Below, piece by piece: positions 22,408 to 34,003 of a stretch of DNA of 64,000 nucleotides (its first letter is position 1; each line of letters begins with the position of its first letter). The notes beneath the pieces were generated by a model, which was not told the DNA's origin, did not search any database, and saw nothing but the letters and a program-made list of their open reading frames with translations. The DNA lies in the NCBI GenBank assembly GCA_051294905.1, contig CM119372.1, positions 35,962,001-36,026,000 of the forward strand, given 5' to 3'. This DNA is from Botryllus schlosseri. Taxonomy: Eukaryota. The position numbers and the translations under genes were made by a program.

Positions 22408-22890
22408 ATGAGTCTAGCAATCCGTGGAGATACTATTCTGCCCCAAGGGCCCTATAGAAAAGACTTGTATCTTTTTAATGACATCACAAAATTACGTATC
22501 GAAGCTTCGAATGGAGCAGAATTGACCTCGGATCAACTCTTTGTACATTCCACAAACGGGACCATTCAGAAATATCGAGCCACTCTGAAGCATGAAGGAG
22601 GTCTGGTCGTTACGTATACTCGCGACGGAATCGAGCATTATCAACCTCTGAATCCGGCTGACGAATTCGTCATCTATTCGCCCAGCGTAGTTGTTCCTAA
22701 TCCCGACCTTCCGCTCGTATCGTATATACTACAAGCCAGTGATCGCTACATCAAACAGAACGGTCAGATCGAACGCAAGAACTCGGATCGCAACGTCGGA
22801 TGGCAGCAAAGCAGTGTACCTCGAAACATCAACCGATCCGGAGGATTTCAGCACGCGAATCGGCGCAATAGCGATCAGCGATATCATTGA
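22408..22890 (+). CDS. Hypothetical Polinton protein (160 aa from ATG 22408)
   Basis: ORF follows the BIR gene; TTTCTTTTCAAAG before the ATG; AATAAA ~17 nt after the stop. Confidence 0.6.
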   Translation: MSLAIRGDTILPQGPYRKDLYLFNDITKLRIEASNGAELTSDQLFVHSTNGTIQKYRATLKHEGGLVVTYTRDGIEHYQPLNPADEFVIYSPSVVVPNPDLPLVSYILQASDRYIKQNGQIERKNSDRNVGWQQSSVPRNINRSGGFQHANRRNSDQRYH

Positions 22891-23159
22891 TATGCTCTTT
22901 TTTCGAAATAAAATCGTACACTATACAATGCTATTTCAATGAGACCGAGTAAAAGTTAGGAGACATGAAAAGGGTCGTATGAAATGCGGTGACTACAGGG
23001 TTCGAACCTAGAACCTAGAGCAAGATAGCTGACTGATTCCTCTGTGATGACGTTATGAAATTTAGTTCAACGATTAGTGTAGCGAGAATTCTTATTCTCA
23101 AAAAACAGCTTAATACACATAATCATGATTATGTGCCAATGGGCGTTATATAGCTGAGG

Positions 23160-23332
23160 CGCTTGATGATGTGCCACAGATGACGTAGCAGATGATGTGG
23201 CAATAGATGATGTGGCAATAGGTGTGCTATAGGTGCGGTAATGGGCGGATGATGTGACAATGTAGGCGTGGCAATTAAGGCGACGTGGCGAAATTTGATT
23301 GGCCTGCAATAAAAGTAGATACCCTCACTACT
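23160..23332. repeat. Polinton right terminal region with GATGATGTGGCA-like short repeats
   Basis: About seven degenerate copies between ~23165 and 23290, then ..CCCTCACTACT terminus. Confidence 0.75.
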
Positions 23333-23707
23333 CATGCTGTAGTTTGTTCATTGTTTTATGACATTGATGATATAATGTAAGGTTTTATAAGCCGAAGCAA
23401 TCTGCTATCATTTGCTCCTGTCTGAAACTATGATACGTAGCCCACTGACCCGGACGGACAGACCATAGTGATTCTTTAAACTTAATGCCAGTAATGGTAG
23501 TAGTTGGTTTGTCAACAAGGGATGCAATGAATGTATCTTGTCACACCGATTTTGTGATGCCTACTTTTACTTGCGATTCTGACGTTATTCAGAGGACCAA
23601 GGCGTGTCTTGTAATGGAATGTGATCATTTTTCATCAAGAGTAGATACGAATGCCACCCGATGGCCTTCCAAATAGTAGTACCTCTTTATAAAGTGTCTT
23701 TTTTCAG

Positions 23708-26638
23708 GAGCCAGAAACTAATGAAATTATAAAGGAATTCGCGCAGAATACCTACAACGCCAAGTACGACCTCTTCTCCAAAATTAAAGTCAACGGCGAC
23801 AATGCTTTACCGTTGTTCAAATGGATGAAGAGTCAGAAAAACGGTAAAGGGACGCTGACGAAGTAAGTTGAAATTCTGTTACGTCCCTTACTCGATATTA
23901 CTCGTTGTAAGTCGCAGAATCGACGTTTCTGCACACCTCCATGAACCGTTGTTTTGTAAGATACTATATGGTTACGACGTTGAAATGTTACAAATTGTGT
24001 GACTACAAATTCTTTGGATTATCCATCGGTATCGTAGTTTTGCAATAATTGCAGCGTTCGCGTGGCGCACGGCTGTCACTACAGTAGTTTGCCATTCTGA
24101 TTTGAAATTCCTCCTTTTCGAAAACACCGCGATTCCCTGCAAGCTCGCACTGAACAACATAGCTAATGACATAACGTCAGCACTTTTACATATTTATTCG
24201 CTTTACTATATCCATTACAAAAATTGATGATATGATCATCACTGTGCGATTGGTGAGTGGTTCCTGGTTGTTGAATTACTGAAGCGATTGGGCTAGTTAA
24301 CGGGTTGTCGCCAGAGATGGCCACAGTCCGGTTCAGGAGCCGGAGCCGGAGCAGGATTTTGATGAATTTTACTGTGGCCGGATCGGAGCCGGATTCTGAA
24401 ACTGCCATATGAGCCGGATTTAAACAGGATTTGATATTCGTAACAAATATTGGGTGATAAAGGTTCAAGATATCTTGCATTCAATGAAAAAAGCTGCTTC
24501 GATATTATTTCCGTAGTGCATTCATTGCTATGGATCAAGCCCAAGCTGGTTCCGACAATAAATGACAACGTTGAAACCGCTGATACCGGTCACGTCGTTG
24601 AAATGCGCAAGCAACATAAGTAAAGTTTCTGCATCTGCAATGATGAGATTACTGCTGGATGAGATGAGGGCGAAGGCAGGCTCCAGCAAGCGAGCTGCAG
24701 AAGTGTTTGTTTTCGAATTCAGTTGTTCCTCAGATATTGGTTCTTATCCTTCCTGTTCATCAGCCATTAGAGTACTTGATATCAGTTGTCAGGATGACAG
24801 AAAAGCGAGGTGTCGGTGTTCTGATGTCATTTGGAATGATTGTGTGGTGTGGTAATGTATGAATATATGCTGGCATGGTCAATTGGTCATGTTTATGATT
24901 TCGGAAACACACTAGAACTTAAGTACCACCGGTACTCTCTGATTGATTGTGCACATCATCATGCTGATTATGTAATATTATATTTATTTCCTATTCATTG
25001 CTGCTCTATCAAGTGATCATTTTGATTGATTCATCCATTTTATTTGATACATGTCTGTTCTGTGAAAATTGAGTTCCATTCTTCAGTAGTACTATAGGCC
25101 TAGTTGTCTTGGCCAAGTCACAATGCACAATATCTGATTTTGTTGTTGACATCATGGCATGCCTGGGTTACTATGTTTACCCTCTCCGTAAAGCAACTAA
25201 TATTGCTGTCTCTGTTCTCACAGTCTTTTAAGCTCATTTCCCCTGCCTAGTTCCTACTACTCGCATTTAGATTCAAGATATATACCGTTACCTAACATTA
25301 TTGATTCGAAATGTGATATAAATAAACTCTTGTAAGGCATTACTTGATACTAATTTGTTGATTATAATGTTCATATCTGTTTTGCAGGCTATATTTAATG
25401 TGAAATAGCACTAAAGCAATAGCAGGATTTTTTCGGATCCTAATTTTGTTGCTCAATTGTCGGACTCCGAAATCCTATTTGACTGTCGGATCAGGACGGA
25501 TACGGATTCCCAAAATCTGGAATCCGCCCATCTCTGGTTGTCGCCTCTCGCCTAGGTTATTCCGTGTCAACTAGCGCAACAGGAACATTGTTGTCGCCTC
25601 CCGCCTAGGTTATTCCGTGTCAACTAGCGCAACAGGAACATTTAGGGACCAAGTTGACTGCATTTCAGTATGTACTTACCGTCAAATTGTTTGAAGTCGA
25701 CCTTCCACGCCTATAATTACGTATGATTACGTATCGGTATCAATGTTATCGGTATATTTCGCGCGTTTCAGTTCTATCAAGTGGAACTTCTCCAAATTTT
25801 TGATCGACCGTAAAGGAGAAGTTGCGTCCCGATATGCGCCTACCGTCGGCCCAATGGTGAGGGCTTTTTTACATCGTATTATTTGCTCTTCATTTCAATC
25901 GAGTCGTTTTACGAACGTCAAACTGTCTTTCCACGAAAGAATGATTTGGTTAGTGCAAATGTATCGGACTCGCCTTACCGTGATATGGATTTCCTGCATC
26001 ACATAACGTGACATTGTAACGTGCAGTGTCGGGTGTTGCAGGTTAGCAGCTGATAGTAACCATGCTATGGCAATACAGAAACCTTCGGCCAATATTAAAT
26101 TGCTCAAGATATCGCTCGTCTCGTATTGTCTATTGTCCAAGTGATGGAGTTGGCCTTCAATTCATATTTCCAGAATCCAGTGAATCTGCCTGCGCTGTTT
26201 GTCGCAATGCAACAAATTAGAGACTTCGGGCGGTGGGAACGCTGTTCTTTTGAACCAATCAGAACAATAAAAATCAAATTAGTACTATGTTCAACGACAT
26301 CGGCTTATATAAACTTCAATTGGCGAACCACAAACTTCAATTGACGAACCACGCTTGTAATATCACAGCGGCTGTCGGGTATTTATCGTAGAATTGTAAG
26401 CATGAAATATTCGATTTGTAGACGAGTCCTTCCGCCGTCATTGCGTTTCGAGTTGAATTTGATGGACAAGAGATCACTGGTCAGCGATGTTTTAGAAATT
26501 CTATTGTCCCGCAAGCTAAAAGACTTCAGTTTCGACTGGTGTAGCTTGAGCCCGAGTGATTGTCTAACGCTTCCGTCTTGTCTTCAGAGCAAAGAGATCA
26601 CGGATAAGATTGAAAAACTCCTCGAGCAGGAGGCGTAA
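23708..26638 (+). CDS. GPX4: Phospholipid-hydroperoxide glutathione peroxidase (GPx4-like), last three coding exons: 23708-23862, 25772-25856, 26588-26638
   Basis: [52 protein letters not shown] / [28 protein letters not shown] / [16 protein letters not shown]. Canonical AG/GT sites with consistent phases. Upstream exons not found in the window. Confidence 0.9.
24312..25536. mobile_element. Non-autonomous hAT element in GPx intron
   Basis: TIRs CAGAGATGG / CCATCTCTG, perfect 8-bp TSD GTTGTCGC, CCGGA-rich subterminal repeats. Confidence 0.85.
25537..25642. repeat. 53-bp tandem duplication
   Basis: GTTGTCGCCTCYCGCCTAGGTTATTCCGTGTCAACTAGCGCAACAGGAACATT x2, starting at the right TSD. Confidence 0.9.
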
Positions 26639-26706
26639 TTCGACCCTTCTCCGTAACCAAATTGAGAAACCTGTCACCGCATCAAACGTGCCGGGCATCG
26701 AACGTA

Positions 26707-26776
26707 CCTCGCGAATTTATGATAGTCTGCTTTTAAAGCTTCACGTTGGAGCAGGCTGGATGCGATGTTTCGCAGG
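26707..26776 (+). promoter_or_regulatory. SECIS element in the GPx 3' UTR
   Basis: ATGAT (26719) - AGTCTGCTT - TTAAA apical loop - GAGCAGGCT - GGAT core, with lower helix GCGAA/TTCGC; AATAAA at ~26917. Confidence 0.88.
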
Positions 26777-28079
26777 CGACTCCGGCAGATCGGTTATCGA
26801 GTACTTTACCGTCTGACGGAGTTGTCTGCGTGCATTTTGCGTGGGGTTCGATTTGGTGTCGCGTTGCGTTTCTTTCGGAACTATACTCGTGGCAAGTGTA
26901 TCATTTCTTAATCGCCAATAAACCCGATTATCTTGCGAGGTTGCATTACTTGATGGTTAGTGTGGGCTTGATACAGTCGGTAGCGACCGGGTGGAATTCC
27001 CCACTTCGTTGAATATCATTATATTTAGGGGGAAATGTGAAAGGATCGTACGGTGTGAAAGGATCGTACAGAGTAAGGTTCATCTTGATTCTATACTTCC
27101 TCGGCATTGTTATGACGGAAAATGTATAGTCAGATACTAGTTCGTTGAAATATGTAATCCTTTTAGCTGGTATTTTATTTAGCTTGAAGTATGCTTTCTT
27201 TATCTTACCTGTTCGAACAAAGTCACCCGTTATTCGTTGTGCAACTTGCTGAGATCTCTCGGTAGAGCGAGTCTAACAAGACGGGTTCGTAAGGCCACGA
27301 TGGCCTCTCGCCAAATGGTTCGTAAGCGGAAATCGGTCGAACCCATCACAACCATGCCGCGTGTGAGCAAGCGCTCACATGTTGAAGTCAACATCACAGC
27401 GATCGTGATAACGAATTGCTAAATTCATCGCAAAAAATGATGATTTATTTTGCGCCCGAAATAAAACAAGGAATTTAGAGCAACATTGCGACAACGGCAC
27501 ATGCACATCTGTTTTTTTGTTGCTGTGGCATGCGTTGTTCTTTTCGACCACTATGGTACGGTTACCATATTTTGAGATATACAAAAGAGGATACTTTCCC
27601 GAAATTCTGAAAGTGCCGGGACCGTGAAAAAAAAGTGGTTATTTTGAAAACTTTTCGGCCGATAGTACTGTGTTGACTAAAACAAAGTTCAGCACTTCGG
27701 CGGTCATCTTCCGATTTACCCTAACACTTTGATTCGACTTCCGCTTTTGTTCGGACCTCTGACGTTGAGTGCGTAGGGGTCGAGTTTTTCTGGCATTTTG
27801 AAACTGTTCCAAAAAAATGAGGGCCTACACTCAAGGAGGACATTTAGGCGTTCCCGGGCATTTCCAATTCATTGAGAAAATAGGACAAATCCTCTTTGAA
27901 GAGGATCATGGTAACCTTAGCTATGGTCATTTACACCAGTCCAATTTTCTTCATTTTTATTCCGTTGCTGCCGAATTGTAGCACGGCCCACTTTTAGGCT
28001 TTTATAGGACACCTTTCACACGGATGATTGTCATCACGACCAGAATCATTATTCTTCTGGTAACTGAGGCAATTAGGTT

Positions 28080-28272
28080 ACAAAGTGTCACAGCCTTGGG
28101 CTTTTAGGGGCTCAGAATCCTCCATTTCAAAATTTTCAAATCAAATGTATGCCAAATATTTCAAAATAGTGAAAACAAAGTGTCACAGCCTTGGGCTTTT
28201 AGGGGCTCAGAATCCTCCATTTCAAAATTTTCAAATCAAATGTATGTCAAATATTTCAAAATAGTGAAAACA
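28080..28272. repeat. 95-bp tandem duplication
   Basis: ACAAAGTGTCACAGCCTTGGG.. at 28080 and 28175, near identical. Confidence 0.92.
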
Positions 28273-28322
28273 ACTTCAAGTTTATTTGGGGTATACATCG
28301 GACAGATCTAATCCGTCTAGCT

Positions 28323-29737
28323 CAGTGGTTCCCAAACGGTGGGGAATTCCCCACTGGTGGGGAATTCAATGGTTTCTGGTGGGAATAGACGCATTTGTTC
28401 AAAATTATATACAGGACAGTCTACCTACATATTCACGGAGACACATGCGCAATTACCGTTACCAGTTACCTGCTATTGAATGTATGTATCGAAAATGATA
28501 TTGCGTGTTGCTCACAAAACCTCATTTTTAACTCTGGATGGCCAATGCTGGCGTCACAAACACATCCAGCACGACTAGTTTGTCGTGAAATATCGCTTTC
28601 GCGAAATTTTGAGCGTTACTGTTATCGGTTCACAAGACGTAATATGTGGCAATTATAGGCGATTGTCTTGCGTACTGGTGTGGTTGTGTGTCTTGTGTAG
28701 TCAAACCAGCAGATAGCTGCTCTGTGATGACAAAAGTGCTGGGTAGGGGGGAACAGGACCGTAACTGCCGCACCCAAACCCCCCAATGGGGGGTGGGGGG
28801 GCGAGCTCGAAGGGGCCAAAAATTATTTCGTGAATTAACATAAATTAAAGTATATTTTAAAAACTTTATGCCACTTTGTCAAAAAAAATTCGCGCTTGCT
28901 GCGCGATTCAATATTGCCGAATATCTGATTATTGGGTTCCCTTGCCCCACGAAAATACGTAGAATTTATGGAAATATAGACTTCGGCGATGCAACGAGGC
29001 ATATGGAGTTATAGGCCATGTAACATGCAACTCCGAGAAGTGTACCAGAACGATCAGCGGCGAGAAGACCTTGGCCGAGAAGGAATGCCCTTTTGGTGAC
29101 CCAAAACTTCGACATATATACAATATACATATATGTTTAATTTAATTGGCTATATGGCTGGCGCCGAATGTTCCTGTCCTGGCGATCTGAACCCTTGAGG
29201 ACAAATGCCATCCCGCAGGGAAAATTATTTGCCAGTAGAGCAATACCAAGTTGAAATCGTGTGTGACTTTTAGTTTTGACGATTTCCATATCTTTTGACG
29301 TAGCAGATATAGGAGGTCACGAAATAGCATAATGTAACGAAGTCAATAAACCAACGGGTCCGCCCGAAGATGTTCAATTCTTATTTAGGGGTCATACCTT
29401 TTCCGACACACCTCACTCAGCTCTACCGGTAAATCTGATTACGTGAGCAGAGAGGGATAAAAATTGATAGCAAAATATATGCGATTCCTGATCATATTGG
29501 CCGATTCAAACACGGATTATAAAAAATTTTCGCGCTTTGCGCGTTTAGTAGATATAAGGCGACGAAATAAACAGTAGACCCAATGTAGCTGATAAGTTGC
29601 AGAGAAAAAGCGCACAGGCTCAGAGGGGGTTCTGGGGGCCCCGGGACTGACAAAGTGCTGTTACGGTCCCGGTGGGGAATGAAGGCTCGGAATAAATCTG
29701 AAGTGGGGAATGAAGACATAAAGGTTGGGAACCACTG
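28323..29737. mobile_element. Non-autonomous hAT (Charlie/Buster-like) element, copy 1
   Basis: TIRs CAGTGGTTCCCAA / TTGGGAACCACTG; TSD GTCTAGCT/GTCTAGCC; homologous to 33926-36570. Confidence 0.87.
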
Positions 29738-30471
29738 GTCTAGCCCGATGCGAAATTTGTACAGTTGTAAAAATGCAGTTGCTATCGCTCAAGCGAGCAT
29801 GCAATATTATAAATGGCGGTACCTAACATCGCACGCCTCGAAAGTTGGATCTTACGATGCGTTACTGCTGTCCATGATTGTTAGTTTTCGTTGAAAGTGC
29901 AAATCTTAATTGTCTTGAGTTTCAAGAAATGATATAGCCTATGCTCTAACAAAAAGAAAATTTATGATGTGTTGCTATGTATTTAGGCTAATGCGTTTCA
30001 TGCTCGACTGCCGTTTTTCATTATGTCTGATGCTCAAAAGTAATGCAACCGTCTGGATGAAAGCGGGTTTTAAAACATCACATCAATGTTTACGGAGAAA
30101 ATATGGCGTACACGACTTATCCCATATTGTTAACTTTGATTTCGTGCCTCAATAATGTCTCTAGTCTTACATCGGTATTTCCAAACACATAACTTGAAGT
30201 AATTTTGATATTGCTATAATAATTGTACACATAAAATGACACTCATATAAATTATGTCCTATCCGTTTAAACTCTCCGGGATATGTATCAACCGAAACAT
30301 TTGTAAATGAGTGGATCTCAGCCCAGTTAGTTAGCTAGCAAGAAAAATTAAAACTACTAGAAAAAAACAATAACTTATCATTATCAGTTTGCAAACCCCG
30401 GTATCAGTGTGTCTACTTCATTTTCACTATGGGCAGAAAAGCTGATAACGGAATACCAACACTCATACTGC

Positions 30472-31794
30472 CAGAGGTGGTCAGTAACGAAGTACTTCTA
30501 CTTTTTCGAAGTACTCAAGTAGTTTCCTCTACTTCTGGTACTTTTTCAAGTAGATCTGATTTTTGCTACTTCTACTTCTGCTTCATAATATTTTCTGATC
30601 TACTTACTTTTCGCTATTTTCAGTTTGTCAAGTAGAAGTAGTTCAATCTTCCAATCAGGAAGATAGCCTGAGGAATTTCGGGGCTGTTTTCACGGAGTAC
30701 CAACATTTAATTTCCATAAAAGTTGAGTAAAGCCCAGAATTTTCGTCGCGCTTCGCGCGCAGTGGTAGGGGCGTTACCAGTATGATTTCCCGACAGTATC
30801 GATGAATATAATTTTGGTAGCGGGTTGGCGTAATTCCGTTCACACAGTTCATTCCTGAGTTCACACCACATTGTCGCCCTTCGCCCACATGAAATAATTC
30901 ATCGCAGTATATATGGCTCATCATAACGTTTTAAACTGATGTTTCGCAATCTGGCATTTACTTGTCATATCGTAATCTAGCGTGTCGATTGTCCATGTCC
31001 TAACCTAGAAAAGTGGACTCTGACATTTTTTGTTAGTTTTAGAGCTGTTTCAGCATATCACCTTAGAAACTTTCTGGACTATAAAAGCATGAAAAACGTG
31101 TTCCACTTTTAGAACTAGTATTTATGTTTCATTTTTAATTCCCATTATCATATACTTTGAGTTATAATTAATATCAGTTCTTTTGTATGGATAACATATA
31201 CGTTGAAGTATAAAAGCAAGTGTAGTAATGCCTTTAATTTCCGGAAATAAAGCTACACACTATGGCATTTGTACGGTCCACCATATTTTTTATCAACGTT
31301 TACTGATTGCGCAAAGTATTTACACCTTATCCTATACAACTTCTCCGTATTTCTCTTCGACTAAACTACGGACCTTATCATATGGGGGATGGCGCCATAC
31401 CATGCTATTTTCCAAAGCGTGTTGTTCGAGGAAACAGGATAAGTATCGCATTTACATATCACTCCTATCATTTTCATCCCATGATGTGGACGAATGCTTA
31501 TGCTATCGAAAATTGGATACCTGCTGGTATGCATCAATGTGAATCAAGCTCGTCACCTTTCGCATAGCTCATTTGCACCTTTATACAATCCATGTGAACA
31601 AATTAGCATCGTTTTCACAACTACTTACTTACTTACTTACTTGAGTACTTTTAAAATCAATCAATTCTACTTCTACTTCAAGTCGTTTTAGGTTGCTTAT
31701 GGAAGAAGTACTTCTACTCGTACTTGAGTAGATTTTTTCGTCGCTACTTCTACTTCTTCTTGAGTAGCTTTCTTGACTACTTTGACCACCTCTG
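30472..31794. mobile_element. Non-autonomous hAT element with CTACTT subterminal repeats
   Basis: TIRs CAGAGGTGGTCA / TGACCACCTCTG; perfect TSD CATACTGC. Confidence 0.88.
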
Positions 31795-32477
31795 CATACT
31801 GCTTGAAATTACTAATGACCATATCGACGGTGGCCCTTTTGTACAAATTTTGGAGCGCTTCAGAACGCCACAACAGAACTGACACTCTAAATAGAAAGCG
31901 TCGATTTAGACACAAAATCGTGCATTCACAAATGCAATGTGGGACAAACACATAAAGTCGACCGAAATCAGTCACCGCAGTGGTGTCATAATATGTGCAA
32001 GTCCACACTTCATCAGAACAAGTTACGAAATATGTGCTTCTGCTCACATCTTATCAGCTGTCACCGGCTTTGGTCAATATGAAAGAGTTTACGCATACAT
32101 TTTAATAGTCCGGAGAGTCGCAACGGGTCATTGTTATGGCCATTGTGTTGCGGTTACCCAATTGTTCTGAACAATACCGAAATTACAGACTTGGAGGACA
32201 GATTCTAGGTGGATCAGTGCCTGATCAATATTTCAATTTATATTTTCGGAATTGGTACAACAGTAGCTTTCGATCAAGACCAGATTCAGTATATTCTGAA
32301 CTCGGGAAGATAACTTTTGGATTGCCAGAAATCCTACAGTCGCTTACGCAAAACAATTCTCCACTCCAGTCTTAGCGAAGCGGAACGAAGCTGCAAAATC
32401 GGTCGTTGCCGTTCCATGTTTAATTTCTATACCTCGACTAACCATCGCGCGAAACCTTTTCCAACTGCATGCGTCGC

Positions 32478-32619
32478 GATTAGCAGTATTTGATCACACG
32501 ATTAGCATTCTTCCGGATCAGCTAACTTTATTATCTCCGCCTAAAATGCGTCCTGATTAGCAGTTTTTAATCACATTATTAGCATTCTCCTGGATCAGCG
32601 AACTTTATTATCTCCGCCC
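32478..32619. repeat. ~78-bp imperfect tandem duplication
   Basis: GATTAGCAGT..GGATCAGC.AACTTTATTATCTCCGCC occurs twice. Confidence 0.8.
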
Positions 32620-34003
32620 TAAAAGGCGAACACTAAACGGAAGAAGAGTTGAACGGCGAAACAAGATAAAATCAATCAAGTCCAAATGGTTGATCGCTCG
32701 CTATCTCGTTTGGATTCAAGTATTTTCTATTGAAGTTTCTGCACAGTTGTTGCTCACTTGAGCTGTCCATTAGAAGAAATTGTGATGACGAATTCCGGTC
32801 TCCATTTTTCTGGGTATTTTAAACTTTCGCGATCAACTTTACTAACAATTTACTGAAAGCGGAAAGTGCTAATACCGACTTCGCACTGTGCACAAGGTAG
32901 CGACCCTGAATGGAATGCCATTTTAGCGGGTATCAAATTTGACGCTGCTAAAACACCATGGACTAAATATTTGTCGAATACTTTCAATAATCGAAAGAAC
33001 TAGTTTATATTGTATGGGATGCTGACCTCAGGCACGATGTAATCTGTAACGGTCGACGCAGGATTGGTGATATATTGACTCAGCACCAATCAAGGAATAA
33101 CGTGTTGTAGGATATCGACCACTCTGCCTGAAAACGAGTGTCCAGCCGAACGACAGACTTGATTTGCGCTGCTCAAGTTATTCCAAGTGCAATGCCACTC
33201 ACGTTTTCACGGAAATCAAGTGTGATATAATCCAACCTATAACTCGACGTGATGACCCTGATATCGGAATGTTGGCGTCTCCAAGACGTTATCCTGCGAC
33301 ATATCAAAGTGATGTGTACCCGCCGCTAACCCTATGGCTATGTACTGATTTGGCGTCTATACGTAACGTGATGTGACGGACTGTAAATATAGGAAGGCCC
33401 GGTAAGGCCTACTAACCCCAAACAAATACCATCTTAAGATTACCATATTTTGAGACCCGACAAATATGACACTTCACCAATCACCGCGAATGAAGTGACA
33501 TTCATCATTAATGGGAAATCATTTGGAAATTTTACTGTTACCTTTTATGTGTTGACTAAATAAAATGTTCTAGGTCGTTCGCCAACACTATCGGGACCAT
33601 CTATAACAGTAGTTCTCAACCTTTTTAAAAAATATTCACGAAACGGTCTGGTGGCAATTTTTTTAGACTACCCACGGTCGCCTTCAAAATCAACATATAT
33701 GGAGTCGATATGACAGGTGTTGTCGATTTTTTTCTACCTGCTCGGCTATGTTTGATTGCGTCTTCTAAAACGCATCTCTGATGTCGCGAATCACATTTAA
33801 CCGAATAAAATTCATATTCGACCTCCGCCAAACCCTAATATCTTTTAAGTGTCCTGGTTCGTAAATGGTAAGCAACGAAATGTCGATGATTCAGCGATGC
33901 GACCATAGGGCACCCACCCCTAGACCAGTGGTTTCCCAACCGGTGGGGAATTCCACTGGTATGAAATTCAATGGTTTCTGGTGGGAATAGACGCATTTGT
34001 TAA

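Larger units (their letters stand above)
4427..23332 (-). mobile_element. Polinton/Maverick (adintovirus-like) element; right terminus at 23332, left terminus not found (left boundary approximate)
   Basis: Clustered pPolB, ATPase, integrase, adenain protease and capsid genes. Right end reads AGTAGTGAG on the minus strand, preceded by short GATGATGTGGCA-type repeats. No matching left TIR seen; a shared repeated motif extends the element-associated region left to ~4427. Confidence 0.93.
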
